In this document: positions 25,887 through 35,419 of the stretch, one piece after another | How the letters are laid out: every line of letters begins with the position of its first letter | How positions within the stretch are numbered: the first letter of the stretch is position 1 | Origin: a virus | Strand: one strand, 5' to 3' | Length of the DNA stretch: 64,000 nucleotides | IMG/VR virus record: IMGVR_UViG_3300021420_000028 | Location: 2,570 to 66,569 of that record | Notes under the pieces: generated by a model | Database searches by the model: none | Seen by the model: the letters and a program-made list of their open reading frames with translations, nothing else | What the model was told of the DNA's origin: nothing | Made by a program: the position numbers and the translations under genes

Positions 25887-27218
25887 ATGGCGAAGTTCAA
25901 GATGACCCGCGTCACGGACTCCGGCGACCTCTCTTGGGGGATGGTCCAGTCTGGGCCGATGTCCGGGCCTGGTGTCGGCCTGCAGCTACCTCAAAATTTG
26001 TATCCTTCAGAATTGAACGCGAGTCCCTACGACGCGAACAACAACTATGTTGGTCTCGCGGCTGGGGATCAGATCACGATTCCCCGCGGCGATTGGCTGA
26101 TCTCGCTCGGCTCCTATTGCGTGCTTCAGTTCGATGATCCGGTCAATGCCTCCGGCGTTTGGTCAATCATCGCCTCCGCGGCGTGGGACAGCGGCCTTTT
26201 GTACGTTCAGAGCGACGGCTTCTCGTATCGCATCGCCAACATGACCGGTTGCCCGGTTGGCGGCATCGTGAACGCCTACGGCTCGGGATATGTCCAGGCG
26301 ACGACTTCGATCGCGGTGACCGGCGGTGGCGGCTCGACCTGGGCGCCGATCGTCGGCGGCCAGCTCGTCATGACGACTGCGACCATCGTGACGGCGAATG
26401 CCGGCGCGGGGTATGGCGTCGCGCCGATTGCCATCCTGCCGGCGCCTCCCGGTCCGAACAACAACGCGAACGGCATCGGAGGCGTCCAGGCGACCGGTTT
26501 CTGCACGATTGCTTCGGGGACGGTGTCGGGCTTCACCTTCACCAATCCGGGGGCCGGCTATCCGTCGGGCACGACGTACTCGGTTGCGCTGCTGCCGAAC
26601 CCGACCGACCCGAACATCCCGACGGGCATCACGCTCGCGACTGCCGTGTTCAGCATCACGGGCTCGGGGTCGATTTGCGGCGTGCTCTGCACCAATCCTG
26701 GTGCCCCGCTCGCGACGCCGAACAACATCACGCTGACTCTCTCGGGCGCCGGCACCAACGGCACTGTTTCGGCGATCATGTGCCAGACGGTCGTTTCGAC
26801 CAGCGTGATCGGCGGCTCTACGATCGTCGGCGCGGGCTCGGTGGCTGCGCTGCTCACGAGCGTCGGCGGCTATCCGCAGTCGGCAGGTCCGGCGACGCCG
26901 ATTACCGGCACCATCACCAACGCCCCGGTGTACTTGATCGCGGGCGCCGTTTCCATCGGCGGGGCAGGCGTGTACGGCCTCTGGGCGCGGCCTCGTCCGC
27001 TGCAGGCGCAGTTGGCGGTGGGCGGTACGGGCACGATCGCTGCGCAGGTGGGCATCATCTACGACGGCGGCCTGTTCTTCGGCGTTCCGACTCCGATCGT
27101 GTCGCCGTACGGCGGCCTGTTGACCGGCGCCGCGTCGACGATCACCGGGACCAGCACGATCACCTTCAGCATGGGTCCGCGGCCCGACTTCGTGCTGTTG
27201 CAACCGCTCAAGGTGTGA
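25887..27218 (+). CDS. virion structural protein, Gly/Thr-rich with GxGY repeats (decoration/fibre-like)
   Basis: Follows the capsid gene; AGGAG RBS; beta-rich composition. Confidence 0.6.
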   Translation: MAKFKMTRVTDSGDLSWGMVQSGPMSGPGVGLQLPQNLYPSELNASPYDANNNYVGLAAGDQITIPRGDWLISLGSYCVLQFDDPVNASGVWSIIASAAWDSGLLYVQSDGFSYRIANMTGCPVGGIVNAYGSGYVQATTSIAVTGGGGSTWAPIVGGQLVMTTATIVTANAGAGYGVAPIAILPAPPGPNNNANGIGGVQATGFCTIASGTVSGFTFTNPGAGYPSGTTYSVALLPNPTDPNIPTGITLATAVFSITGSGSICGVLCTNPGAPLATPNNITLTLSGAGTNGTVSAIMCQTVVSTSVIGGSTIVGAGSVAALLTSVGGYPQSAGPATPITGTITNAPVYLIAGAVSIGGAGVYGLWARPRPLQAQLAVGGTGTIAAQVGIIYDGGLFFGVPTPIVSPYGGLLTGAASTITGTSTITFSMGPRPDFVLLQPLKV

Positions 27219-27221
27219 TCG

Positions 27222-27470
27222 GTGGCGACCTTCAGCATCACGTTTGTCGCCGGGTTGGGGAGCAGCAATTCCGCCTACCCGTCGATGAATCTGCAGCAGC
27301 CGGCCGTTCAGATCGATGATACCAATGCGACTGACGGCGCGCAGCAAAAAGACATGGCGCTAAATAGGCAGATCAACATCCTAGGGTCGGATGGTGTTAT
27401 TCGGAAATGTACGATCGATGCATCCCGTAGTGATCCGTCCCGCAACCTGATATATTACAATCTCATCTGA
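27222..27470 (+). CDS. hypothetical structural-module protein
   Basis: 82-aa ORF in the operon. Confidence 0.55.
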   Translation: MATFSITFVAGLGSSNSAYPSMNLQQPAVQIDDTNATDGAQQKDMALNRQINILGSDGVIRKCTIDASRSDPSRNLIYYNLI

Positions 27471-27494
27471 TGCGTGCCAGCAAGGAGGTGCGCC

Positions 27495-28259
27495 TTGCTG
27501 CAAACGTACCTGACTCGCACACAGCAGCTCCTGCAGAACCCCGCGGCGCCGACCTCGCTTTATGCGACGGCCGATTTGACGTCCTACATCAACGTCGCGA
27601 GAGGGCAACTCGCTGGCGAAACCGAGTCCTGCAGAGCGCTTGGGACGCTTTCAACGGTCATCGGGACGCGCAACTATAACTTCTCCTCGATCAGCTTGGG
27701 CGCGGGCACCGGTTTGGCCGGCGTCATCAACACGCGCGGGATGTTGTACGCGGTGGCGTCGGGCTATCAGTGGATTCGCCCGCGGCCGTGGCCGTGGTAC
27801 TGGCTGTTCAAGTTCAACAATCCGGTTCCGCAGGGCGGTGCACCGCAGGTCTTCAGCCAATTCTCGCAGGGCTCGTCGGGCCAGGGCTCGATTACCGGTA
27901 TCGGGACCGGTACGATGTCGTCGGGAAGCTTCTATCTCGACCCGCCGCCCGATCTCGTTTACTCGCTCCTGATCGACTGTTCGTGCTACCCGATCGCGCT
28001 GGTGGCGGATACGGACGTGGAGGCACTGCCGTATTTGTTCACGGATGCGGTCCCATACTTTGCGGCCTATCTCGCGTTGTTGTCGTCGCAGACCTCGGCG
28101 CGGGTGGAGGATGCGCAGAAAATGTTCGATCTCTACAAGATGTTCGTCGATCGCGCCAGCCAGGCGTCGGCACCGAACGTCAACCGGTACTTGTATGAGA
28201 GGCAGGCTGATCCGACTTCAATCAACAAGTTGGGCATCACGACTAAGGCGGGGCAGTGA
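27495..28259 (+). CDS. head-to-tail adaptor-like protein 1
   Basis: AGGAGG RBS before TTG; YINVAR helix and DAVPYFAAYLAL C-terminal helix; position in the module. Confidence 0.6.
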   Translation: MLQTYLTRTQQLLQNPAAPTSLYATADLTSYINVARGQLAGETESCRALGTLSTVIGTRNYNFSSISLGAGTGLAGVINTRGMLYAVASGYQWIRPRPWPWYWLFKFNNPVPQGGAPQVFSQFSQGSSGQGSITGIGTGTMSSGSFYLDPPPDLVYSLLIDCSCYPIALVADTDVEALPYLFTDAVPYFAAYLALLSSQTSARVEDAQKMFDLYKMFVDRASQASAPNVNRYLYERQADPTSINKLGITTKAGQ

Positions 28260-28260
28260 C

Positions 28261-28602
28261 ATGGGACCGTTGAGTGCAAAGTTGCGCAGCGTCGAGGGTG
28301 GTGTCGCCCATTGGTGTCCTGCGTGTGATGAGTCGCATGTTTATCGCGTGCCGCGATGGATGTTTGATGGAAATGTTGATTCGCCGACGTTTTCGCCCAG
28401 CATGCTAATTAGTTGGGGAACTTGGGGCGATGACGATCCGGAGGACAAGGAAAAGTATGACGGGCGAATTTGTCACTATTTTTTGACGGCTGGAAAGTTG
28501 GCGTATTGTGGCGATAGCACGCATGCGTTAGCTGGGCAGACTGTCGATTTACCAGATTGGCCTAAAGCGTACGAGGAGCGTCCCGGTGCCGATGACGCTT
28601 AA
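28261..28602 (+). CDS. DUF6527-like Cys/His protein
   Basis: HWCPAC..H, W.FDGN..SPTFSPS, CHYFLT.G...YCGDSTH. Confidence 0.7.
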   Translation: MGPLSAKLRSVEGGVAHWCPACDESHVYRVPRWMFDGNVDSPTFSPSMLISWGTWGDDDPEDKEKYDGRICHYFLTAGKLAYCGDSTHALAGQTVDLPDWPKAYEERPGADDA

Positions 28603-29530
28603 CCAATACGTCGAGGACGTTCAAACCTTCTTGCGTGACAGCAAGCAGGATTTGCTCGATCCGCAGGACATCATCAAGTACATCAACCGCGCTCGCCGGG
28701 AGATCGCGATCCGGACGCAGTGCGTGCGCGTTCTCACGCCGATCACGGGAGCGGTTATTGGAGCATCGGTTGTTTCCGGAGGTTCAGGGTATGGTAGCGG
28801 GACCACGACGATAACGCTTACGCCGCCTGATTTTCCTTCTGGCGCTGGACCTTTTCCGAACGGGAGTCAGGGCTCCGTTACGCCGATCGTCAGTGGCGGT
28901 TCGATCACGGGCGTGAATGTCGTTTATGGCGGTGCTGGCTACTGGCAGCCATCGTTCTCGATCACTGGGGCGGGGAGCGGGGCGACGGTGACGCCGGTTT
29001 TGTCCAAGATCGAGCAACTAAGTCAAGGCCAGGAAGTATTGAATTTTTCAGACGTAGACTTGACTCCGTTTCCAGGAGTACAGTCCGTGTACGCCGTACA
29101 ATCGGTAAGTGTTCTTTATAGCGGGTTTAGGTATTCGTTGATTTGTTACTCATTTTCTACTTACCAAAGCTTAATCCGCATCTGGGCTCAACAATGGCAA
29201 TACGTGCCGGCGGTATTTGCCCAGTACGGACAAGGTACAAACGGCACGCTATACTGCTATCCGATCGCTTCGCAGAATTGGCAGGTTGAGCTAGACTGTT
29301 ATTGTCTGCCTCAAGACTTGCTGACGGATTTAAGTGTTGAAGTTATACCGGACCCGTGGACCGATGCGGTGGCTTATTTCGCTGCTCACCTGTGCTACTT
29401 GAGTATTCAGAATTTTAATGCTGCAAAATACTATGAGGACATGTTCAATAGGCGATGTTTGGGGTACAGCAACGCCGCGCGGGTTAGTCGCGCGACTTCG
29501 CCATATGGCAGGTACGCGGGAGGGGCGTGA
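28586..29530 (+). CDS. head-to-tail adaptor-like protein 2 (paralog of 27495) with GxGY insert
   Basis: YINRAR...DAVAYFAAHLCYL aligns with adaptor 1. Confidence 0.6.
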   Translation: MPMTLNQYVEDVQTFLRDSKQDLLDPQDIIKYINRARREIAIRTQCVRVLTPITGAVIGASVVSGGSGYGSGTTTITLTPPDFPSGAGPFPNGSQGSVTPIVSGGSITGVNVVYGGAGYWQPSFSITGAGSGATVTPVLSKIEQLSQGQEVLNFSDVDLTPFPGVQSVYAVQSVSVLYSGFRYSLICYSFSTYQSLIRIWAQQWQYVPAVFAQYGQGTNGTLYCYPIASQNWQVELDCYCLPQDLLTDLSVEVIPDPWTDAVAYFAAHLCYLSIQNFNAAKYYEDMFNRRCLGYSNAARVSRATSPYGRYAGGA

Positions 29531-30260
29531 TGGAATTATTTACCAATGCTCGCGCTATACGAATCATGTCTTCGTCCGTGCCCGTGAACTTGAGTAAGTT
29601 CACCCCGAAAAGGATAAATCGACAATTGTCAGTAACGTACCCCTTTGCGGGTTCTATGCGGTCTATACTGGGAGAAAAAATAGATCGTCCAGGGGAGACA
29701 AGATCAAAGTCGATTCCCGTTAGTTTGCACTTGCCGTTCCAGTTATCTTCACACCAAGCTTCAGTGAGGTTGAACGGAAGCTGTTTCTTGATGCAGCGAT
29801 GCCTAGCGCCCGTGAGCAGAGGTAGCCATGGATGCTTTGCCTTTTCGTAAATCGCTTTTTCTGATCCTCGTGTTTCGCGCATTGCGGCCCATGTCGCTCT
29901 GTCGCGCGCTCGGTACTCAGCTAGATGCTGTTGCCGCAGCGCGATGGATTTGGCTTTTAGTTTTTCGGTGTTTTCGGCATACAGCAGTTTTTCCATGCAT
30001 GTATCAGAGCATGTTCGTTGCCTCGAATAGCGTGTTTCAAACGCATTTCCGCACGTGGCACAAATTATTCGTGTTGAAGGCGATCTTCTTGATAAAAAAG
30101 CCCGATAGCTTCGTTCGCGTGCCGCTTCCTTGTTCCCAGCGTACCAATTATCATAACTGCACTGTTTGGAACAACACGTATTGCCTTTTCGGGAAGGTTG
30201 AAAAAGCCGCTCGCAAGCAGCACAAGTGGTTGGTGCGGGTTTCGGTTTTGCTTTTGTCAC
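29484..30260 (-). CDS. HNH-like homing endonuclease (antisense insertion)
   Basis: Two CxxC..CSxxC fingers; CKLTG...SPSIDRIEPAKGY..DNCRF...N..K. Confidence 0.8.
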   Translation of the reverse strand: MTKAKPKPAPTTCAACERLFQPSRKGNTCCSKQCSYDNWYAGNKEAARERSYRAFLSRRSPSTRIICATCGNAFETRYSRQRTCSDTCMEKLLYAENTEKLKAKSIALRQQHLAEYRARDRATWAAMRETRGSEKAIYEKAKHPWLPLLTGARHRCIKKQLPFNLTEAWCEDNWNGKCKLTGIDFDLVSPGRSIFSPSIDRIEPAKGYVTDNCRFILFGVNLLKFTGTDEDMIRIARALVNNSITPLPRTCHMAKSRD

Positions 30261-30268
30261 GGTTAATT

Positions 30269-30297
30269 TTTGTAGTGCGACGCACTACATTTGTCAA
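30269..30297 (-). promoter_or_regulatory. promoter with palindromic operator, copy 4
   Basis: TTGACA on the - strand (30297-30292), 17 bp, TACAAA; TGTAGTG-cgacg-CACTACA 30271-30289. Confidence 0.7.
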
Positions 30298-30309
30298 GGG
30301 CTTCCTCTG

Positions 30310-32574
30310 ATGCCCGTCCAAGGCAACCCCTACGTTCCTCCCGCTCCCGGCCCCCTCGTCATGGAAATGTTCGAGGGGATGAACACGAGCACGTCTCGCG
30401 TCGGCATTCCTGATGAACAAGTCAAATGGCTGGACGGGTTCTTCCCTTTAGATCACCACAACCTCCGCACTCTCTACGACGTCGGCGCCACGCTCTACAC
30501 CGCGGTCGGCACGACGATCGTTTTCTTCGGCTTCGTCAACATCTCCTCGACGCCCTACGCGATTATTTTCCAGGCCGACGGCTCGGTTGTCGCGGTCAAC
30601 GTAAACACGGCGGTGGTCACGACTATTTTAGCGGCAGGCACGATCGTGGTGCCATCTCAGCTCACGATTGGGCTCTCTCAATGGGGGCAGCAATACGCCA
30701 TTATCGTCGCTAATCAGGCGAACGGCTACTGGTTGTGGGATGGCTTGATTACCTATAGCACGGGGACGATCGCGCCAAACGTAGTGTTGAGCAACAATGG
30801 TTCCGGATATGTGTCTCAGCCGGCCATAGGACTGATCGGCGGTAGTGGTTCCGGCGCCGTATTTACCTCTTCTATAAACAACGGATCGGTAGTATCCGTT
30901 CAGATCGTCAATCCCGGTACCGGGTATTTGGCCTCCGATACTCCTACTCTGACGTTCGTAGGCGGCAATCAGGCGGGCACCGGCGCCAGCATATACGCCA
31001 ATTTGGGACATCATGCGGGTGGTTCCGGCGCGGTTATTGTCGTGACCATGGTTTACGAACCCAATGTGCCGGCGTATAATGCTTATCCTACCTTGACCGT
31101 GCCCGGTTCAGGATACGGGCCTAATACTAAAGTAAATGTTTATAATAATGGAAACGTGGTTGTTGGTACTGCACTCAAAATAACGTGCTCAGTTGTTGGC
31201 GGTTCTATTGCCAGCATAAAATCAACTTTTCCATCGTTGTATAATACCGCAACCCCTGTAGTCACTGCGACCGTGGTGGATACCGGGTATTACGCAATAA
31301 CTTCGGCAACGGTAGATCCGTCGCACGAAGGTTCTGGATACAGCAACTACCCGGTTCTCACTGTTGTCGACGTAAACGGAAGCATTCAATCCTCCCCCGT
31401 CTTGACAGCCAATGTGACGGGTGCTGGAGCCTCTGTTACTTCTGTAAACATAATATCGGGCGGCATATTTGCAGCCAACGTGGCTCCGACAGTGGTAATT
31501 ACCGACGTCGCGACCAATGCTGCCGGCTCTATCACTATCATGCCCTATGGCGTCAGCGGCAACGCGGTCGAAACCTATTCCGGCCACGTGTGGGTTGCCA
31601 ACCAGAACAATTACAGCTGGTCCGCGCCCGGCTCGGCGTCCAACTTCGCCACCAGCGCGGGCGGCGGCTCGGCACAGTCCGCGGACTCCTACCTCAAGAT
31701 CGGCTACACGCGCCTGATCCAGTCGAATGGGTTTCTCTATCTGATCGCCGATTCCTCGATCGACTACATCTCGGGTGTCCAGACGGCGGGCACGCCGCCC
31801 ACGACGACCTTCACCAAGCAGAATGCCGACCCGACGATCGGCACGCCCTACCCGTGGTCGGTCATCCTGCATGGGCAGGATCTGCTGTTTTCCAATTCTG
31901 TCGGCATTTATGGTGTTGCCGGAGCTCGCCCGACCAAGATCAGCGCCATGCTGGATGGTATCTGGGGCACCGGCAACCTTAACCTGTCCGCAGCGCATGC
32001 GACGATCTTCAAACGTGAAGTGTGGATGACGCTGACGACTTTCGTCAATCCGCTCACAGGCGCGACGGTGACGGAGCCGCTGATGTGGGATGGCAAGCGC
32101 TGGTTTGCTTCGCCGCAGAACATGAACATGATTTTCATCGGCAGCCAGGAGCTCAATTCCGTCTTCACGGCCTACGGCACTGACGGCACGATCGTAGCGC
32201 CGCTGTTCACGACCCCGTCCACCAACTTCACCAAAGTCGTGGAGTCGAAGCTATGGGCTGAACCGGGCGGTTACCTGCTCAACAAGGCGACGGACCGCTT
32301 TTGGGCAATTGCCAATTACGCCTCGATCGCGTCGCCGTCGATCGTCCTGTCGATCGACGCCGTGTCGGCCGATCCGAACGTGGCGGGCAGCATTGTCTCG
32401 ACGTCGGCCGGCTACACGATCCCCGGTCCATCGATTACCGGGCACTGGGTCACGCCCCCGCAGGCCGTAGGCCAGCAAGGCATCCTGACGGGGATGACGA
32501 TCAAGACGAATTGCGCCGACATGACGCTGATTTCTGCTATGATCGACAACAAAATCGTCAGATACAGAGGTTAG
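30310..32574 (+). CDS. tail nozzle/tail tubular protein B-like protein with inserted GxGY repeat domains
   Basis: About 750 aa, beta-rich, FEGMN near the N-terminus; lies between the adaptors and the ejection proteins. Confidence 0.6.
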   Translation: MPVQGNPYVPPAPGPLVMEMFEGMNTSTSRVGIPDEQVKWLDGFFPLDHHNLRTLYDVGATLYTAVGTTIVFFGFVNISSTPYAIIFQADGSVVAVNVNTAVVTTILAAGTIVVPSQLTIGLSQWGQQYAIIVANQANGYWLWDGLITYSTGTIAPNVVLSNNGSGYVSQPAIGLIGGSGSGAVFTSSINNGSVVSVQIVNPGTGYLASDTPTLTFVGGNQAGTGASIYANLGHHAGGSGAVIVVTMVYEPNVPAYNAYPTLTVPGSGYGPNTKVNVYNNGNVVVGTALKITCSVVGGSIASIKSTFPSLYNTATPVVTATVVDTGYYAITSATVDPSHEGSGYSNYPVLTVVDVNGSIQSSPVLTANVTGAGASVTSVNIISGGIFAANVAPTVVITDVATNAAGSITIMPYGVSGNAVETYSGHVWVANQNNYSWSAPGSASNFATSAGGGSAQSADSYLKIGYTRLIQSNGFLYLIADSSIDYISGVQTAGTPPTTTFTKQNADPTIGTPYPWSVILHGQDLLFSNSVGIYGVAGARPTKISAMLDGIWGTGNLNLSAAHATIFKREVWMTLTTFVNPLTGATVTEPLMWDGKRWFASPQNMNMIFIGSQELNSVFTAYGTDGTIVAPLFTTPSTNFTKVVESKLWAEPGGYLLNKATDRFWAIANYASIASPSIVLSIDAVSADPNVAGSIVSTSAGYTIPGPSITGHWVTPPQAVGQQGILTGMTIKTNCADMTLISAMIDNKIVRYRG

Positions 32575-32578
32575 AGCA

Positions 32579-33457
32579 ATGATTTACGATATGTCCGTTC
32601 CGTGTCCGCTGGACGACCATCCCGTTACGTTTAAATTTGAACTGGATAAGCGTAATAAAAACAAAGCTTTCATCATGGATTTTTTCCAGAAGGGGCTTCT
32701 TTATGAGCCCGAGATTTCATGGTTCATGCTCCGGGCGATAAAACCAGGCGATTTCGTCGTGGACGTCGGCGCCAATATTGGTGTTTTCACGGTTCTCATG
32801 TCCAAGATGGCAGGGCCTGATGGACTCGTACTGGCGTTTGAGCCTGATGCAGATAATCTTTCGTGTTTAAAGAACAATTTGCGTATAAACAATATCAGCA
32901 ACGTCGAGATTGTCGAGCGCCCCCTGTGGATTCGAGAGGAAGAGGTTAGATTGTACGAATGTAAGGATACGACTGGTAGTCACGCACTTTGGGATGTGTC
33001 GCTGTGGCCTGGCAATGAGCTGACCCGGCACGATGGCGTCAAGTCTAAAGCTTTCATGGCGTGCACGTTGGAAAAAGAACTGGCCCGAACAGGGCGGAGG
33101 TGCGCTTTCATCAAGTTGGATACCGAGGGGGTCGACGAACCCATCTTGAAGTCTCTCGGATCGCAGCGTCCTGATTACATAGTATCAGAGTTGAACCCGT
33201 TCGGCATGCTTCAGGTTGGTTCTGATAACGACGCGATGCGGACGCTCATGTCGAGTTATGGATATGAGTGTTTTTTCATTCACAGGGATGACCGACTGCC
33301 TTCGCTGATTCCGGCCAGTTCCAAGCTGATGAACGGTCCTAACGGCTGTATCGTGATGAACGTGCTGTTCTCGACGTTGGAGAAGGTTGGCGAGGTCTAT
33401 CCGTATGTATCAAGCATAAACAAGTGGGACTTCTTGAAAAAAGACGTAGTCAAATGA
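32579..33457 (+). CDS. FkbM-family methyltransferase 2
   Basis: YEPE, VDVGANIGVFT, AFEPD and IKLDTEG motifs. Confidence 0.88.
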   Translation: MIYDMSVPCPLDDHPVTFKFELDKRNKNKAFIMDFFQKGLLYEPEISWFMLRAIKPGDFVVDVGANIGVFTVLMSKMAGPDGLVLAFEPDADNLSCLKNNLRINNISNVEIVERPLWIREEEVRLYECKDTTGSHALWDVSLWPGNELTRHDGVKSKAFMACTLEKELARTGRRCAFIKLDTEGVDEPILKSLGSQRPDYIVSELNPFGMLQVGSDNDAMRTLMSSYGYECFFIHRDDRLPSLIPASSKLMNGPNGCIVMNVLFSTLEKVGEVYPYVSSINKWDFLKKDVVK

Positions 33458-33819
33458 GTCTTGCAACCCTCGCCTTCGTCCCCGACACGCCCGCCGATTT
33501 CCAGCGGTGGAGCTTCTCGAACCAGGCGTCGCATCGCGACATCATCCGCGTGATCGAGCAAAATCAAGTCGCGATGACGCTGGGGTTCACGCTGACGCCG
33601 GTAGACGAATACCTGATCGACCCCTTCGACCCCGATAACCTGGGCAACTGGCCGTACTTGCATCAGGTCATGCACAACCAGATGTTTCAAGCCGCCGGTC
33701 TGCCCGCCAGCTACGACCTGACCGGGATCGATTGGCAAGACCCCCAGGTTGTGCAAAACTGGATCTCGGCTCACGCCGACGATCATAACCGAATCTCAGC
33801 CTTTTTAGGATTGTCCTGA
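33454..33819 (+). CDS. hypothetical His-rich tail-module protein
   Basis: H..H helix motifs (HQVMH, HADDH); ATGA-coupled. Confidence 0.6.
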   Translation: MSLATLAFVPDTPADFQRWSFSNQASHRDIIRVIEQNQVAMTLGFTLTPVDEYLIDPFDPDNLGNWPYLHQVMHNQMFQAAGLPASYDLTGIDWQDPQVVQNWISAHADDHNRISAFLGLS

Positions 33820-34292
33820 TGCCCGCAGAAGCCCTGAAGCCCGTCGCCCCGCCTCCCGTCGTCTACGCCGAGGTGCGCCGGTTCGAGCTGCCCGATCTCG
33901 ACACGCATGCGCGGTGGTTCATGCCGCGCTTTCTGAAGGAGTACCCGCACCTCAACGAGCGCTCGGCGATCGGCTTCTTGCGCGGGATCGTCTACTCCAA
34001 CGAGTTTCTGTTTCTCTTCCAGGAGAAGGGCGTCGCCTTGGCGCAGGCGATGGGGTCCGGCGGCCTGGAAGCCGAACCGATCGTCTGGGAACGGTTCGTC
34101 TGGGTCGAGAATCCAGCCGATGCCGGCCAGCAGCAGGCGGCCTCGTTTTTCTACGATCGGATCGTCAAGTGGGCGAAGACGATGGGCGTGTCGAAGGTGC
34201 ACGTCGAGGAGCATAGCGACTGCACTCACGACCAGATCAAGGCGCGCGTGGGGCGGGTGTTCGAGACGCAGCAGCGCTATGTGAGGCCGTAA
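33819..34292 (+). CDS. possible GNAT-like virion assembly protein
   Basis: WAKTMGVSKVHV GNAT-like end; occupies the position of P22 gp14/T7 gp13 upstream of the ejection proteins (inference). Confidence 0.45.
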   Translation: MPAEALKPVAPPPVVYAEVRRFELPDLDTHARWFMPRFLKEYPHLNERSAIGFLRGIVYSNEFLFLFQEKGVALAQAMGSGGLEAEPIVWERFVWVENPADAGQQQAASFFYDRIVKWAKTMGVSKVHVEEHSDCTHDQIKARVGRVFETQQRYVRP

Positions 34293-35419
34293 TGAGTTTC
34301 CTAACGGATCTTGTCGAGGGGCACGATAGTAATCTCGGCAATGACATCACCGGTATGTTCCGGCCCAACGAGATTGGCCAAACGCTGGAGGGCGCAGGTT
34401 TGCTCGCGGGCGGCCTGTTGACGGGTGGCGCGTTGCTGGGCGGTGCGGGGGGGCTGTTTGGCGCGGGCGCAGGGGCGGGCGCAGCGGCTGATGCGGGCGC
34501 AGGAGTGGATGTTGGCGGGATGTTCAGCAGCATCTTTGGTAATACTGCCGGAGCAAGCACCGATGCGGCAGTAACGGCTGCCGATCCGCTTTCTCTTGTT
34601 GCGCCGACCGATGCAACTTCAACTTTTGGCAGCACGCCTGCCGGTGGAGCAATCCAAAGTGCGCTCGGTTATGGTGGAGGAGCGGGAGATGTGACGCTGC
34701 CGCCTTCGCCTCCGACAGGCATTCCCGGCGATCCTGGTTTGGGTGGCGGGCCAATAGGGCCGCAATTGCCCACTGATCCCTACGCGGGAGGCGATCCTAC
34801 GCTTGGTGCCAATCCAAGCCAGGGCGGCGGGATGATTGGCCCTCCAGCGCCTGCTGGCAGCACCGGCTTCTTGTCCAGCCTGAATCCTTCCAACTGGACC
34901 CTCGGCGGCGTCGGCAAGGTAGCGGGCGTGGCAGCGGCTGGCGCTGGTCTCGGCATGGACCTTCTAAATCGGGGTCAAACAGACCCCAATCAGGCGATGC
35001 TGGCGCAGCAGGCCGCCCAACTCGGGCAGTCCGGACAGGTGCTGGAGTCCTACCTCAAGACCGGCAAGTTGCCCCCCGCTCTCCAGGCGCAGCTCGACCA
35101 GGCGGTCGCCGCCGAGAAGGCGCGTATCGTTTCGGGCTACGCAGCCAAGGGCATGCCGACCGATCCCAACCAGAATTCCGCGCTCGCACAAGATCTGAAC
35201 AACGTGCAGACTAATGCGATCGCGGCGATGGCGAATGTCCAGGTCGAGATGATGAATACCGGCTTGAAAGAAACCGGTTTGTCGTCGCAGCTCTATCAGA
35301 TGCTGACCCAGCTCGACCTCCAGCAGAACAAGGACTTGATGTCGGCGATCTCGTCGTTCGCCGCGGCGCTCGGGGGCGGGATGGGTGGCGGGCAGAATGT
35401 TAAGTTGAGCCTGGCATGA
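34292..35419 (+). CDS. DNA ejection/internal virion protein (Gly/Ala-rich)
   Basis: Hydrophobic Gly-rich segments and Gln-rich helices; position in the module. Confidence 0.6.
   Translation: MSFLTDLVEGHDSNLGNDITGMFRPNEIGQTLEGAGLLAGGLLTGGALLGGAGGLFGAGAGAGAAADAGAGVDVGGMFSSIFGNTAGASTDAAVTAADPLSLVAPTDATSTFGSTPAGGAIQSALGYGGGAGDVTLPPSPPTGIPGDPGLGGGPIGPQLPTDPYAGGDPTLGANPSQGGGMIGPPAPAGSTGFLSSLNPSNWTLGGVGKVAGVAAAGAGLGMDLLNRGQTDPNQAMLAQQAAQLGQSGQVLESYLKTGKLPPALQAQLDQAVAAEKARIVSGYAAKGMPTDPNQNSALAQDLNNVQTNAIAAMANVQVEMMNTGLKETGLSSQLYQMLTQLDLQQNKDLMSAISSFAAALGGGMGGGQNVKLSLA

Noticed and set aside
25861-25889. Possible frameshift fusing the capsid to the next gene at TTT TAA AAA
   Set aside because: The next gene is in the -1 frame, but there is no in-frame X XXY YYZ heptamer, and it has its own AGGAG RBS.
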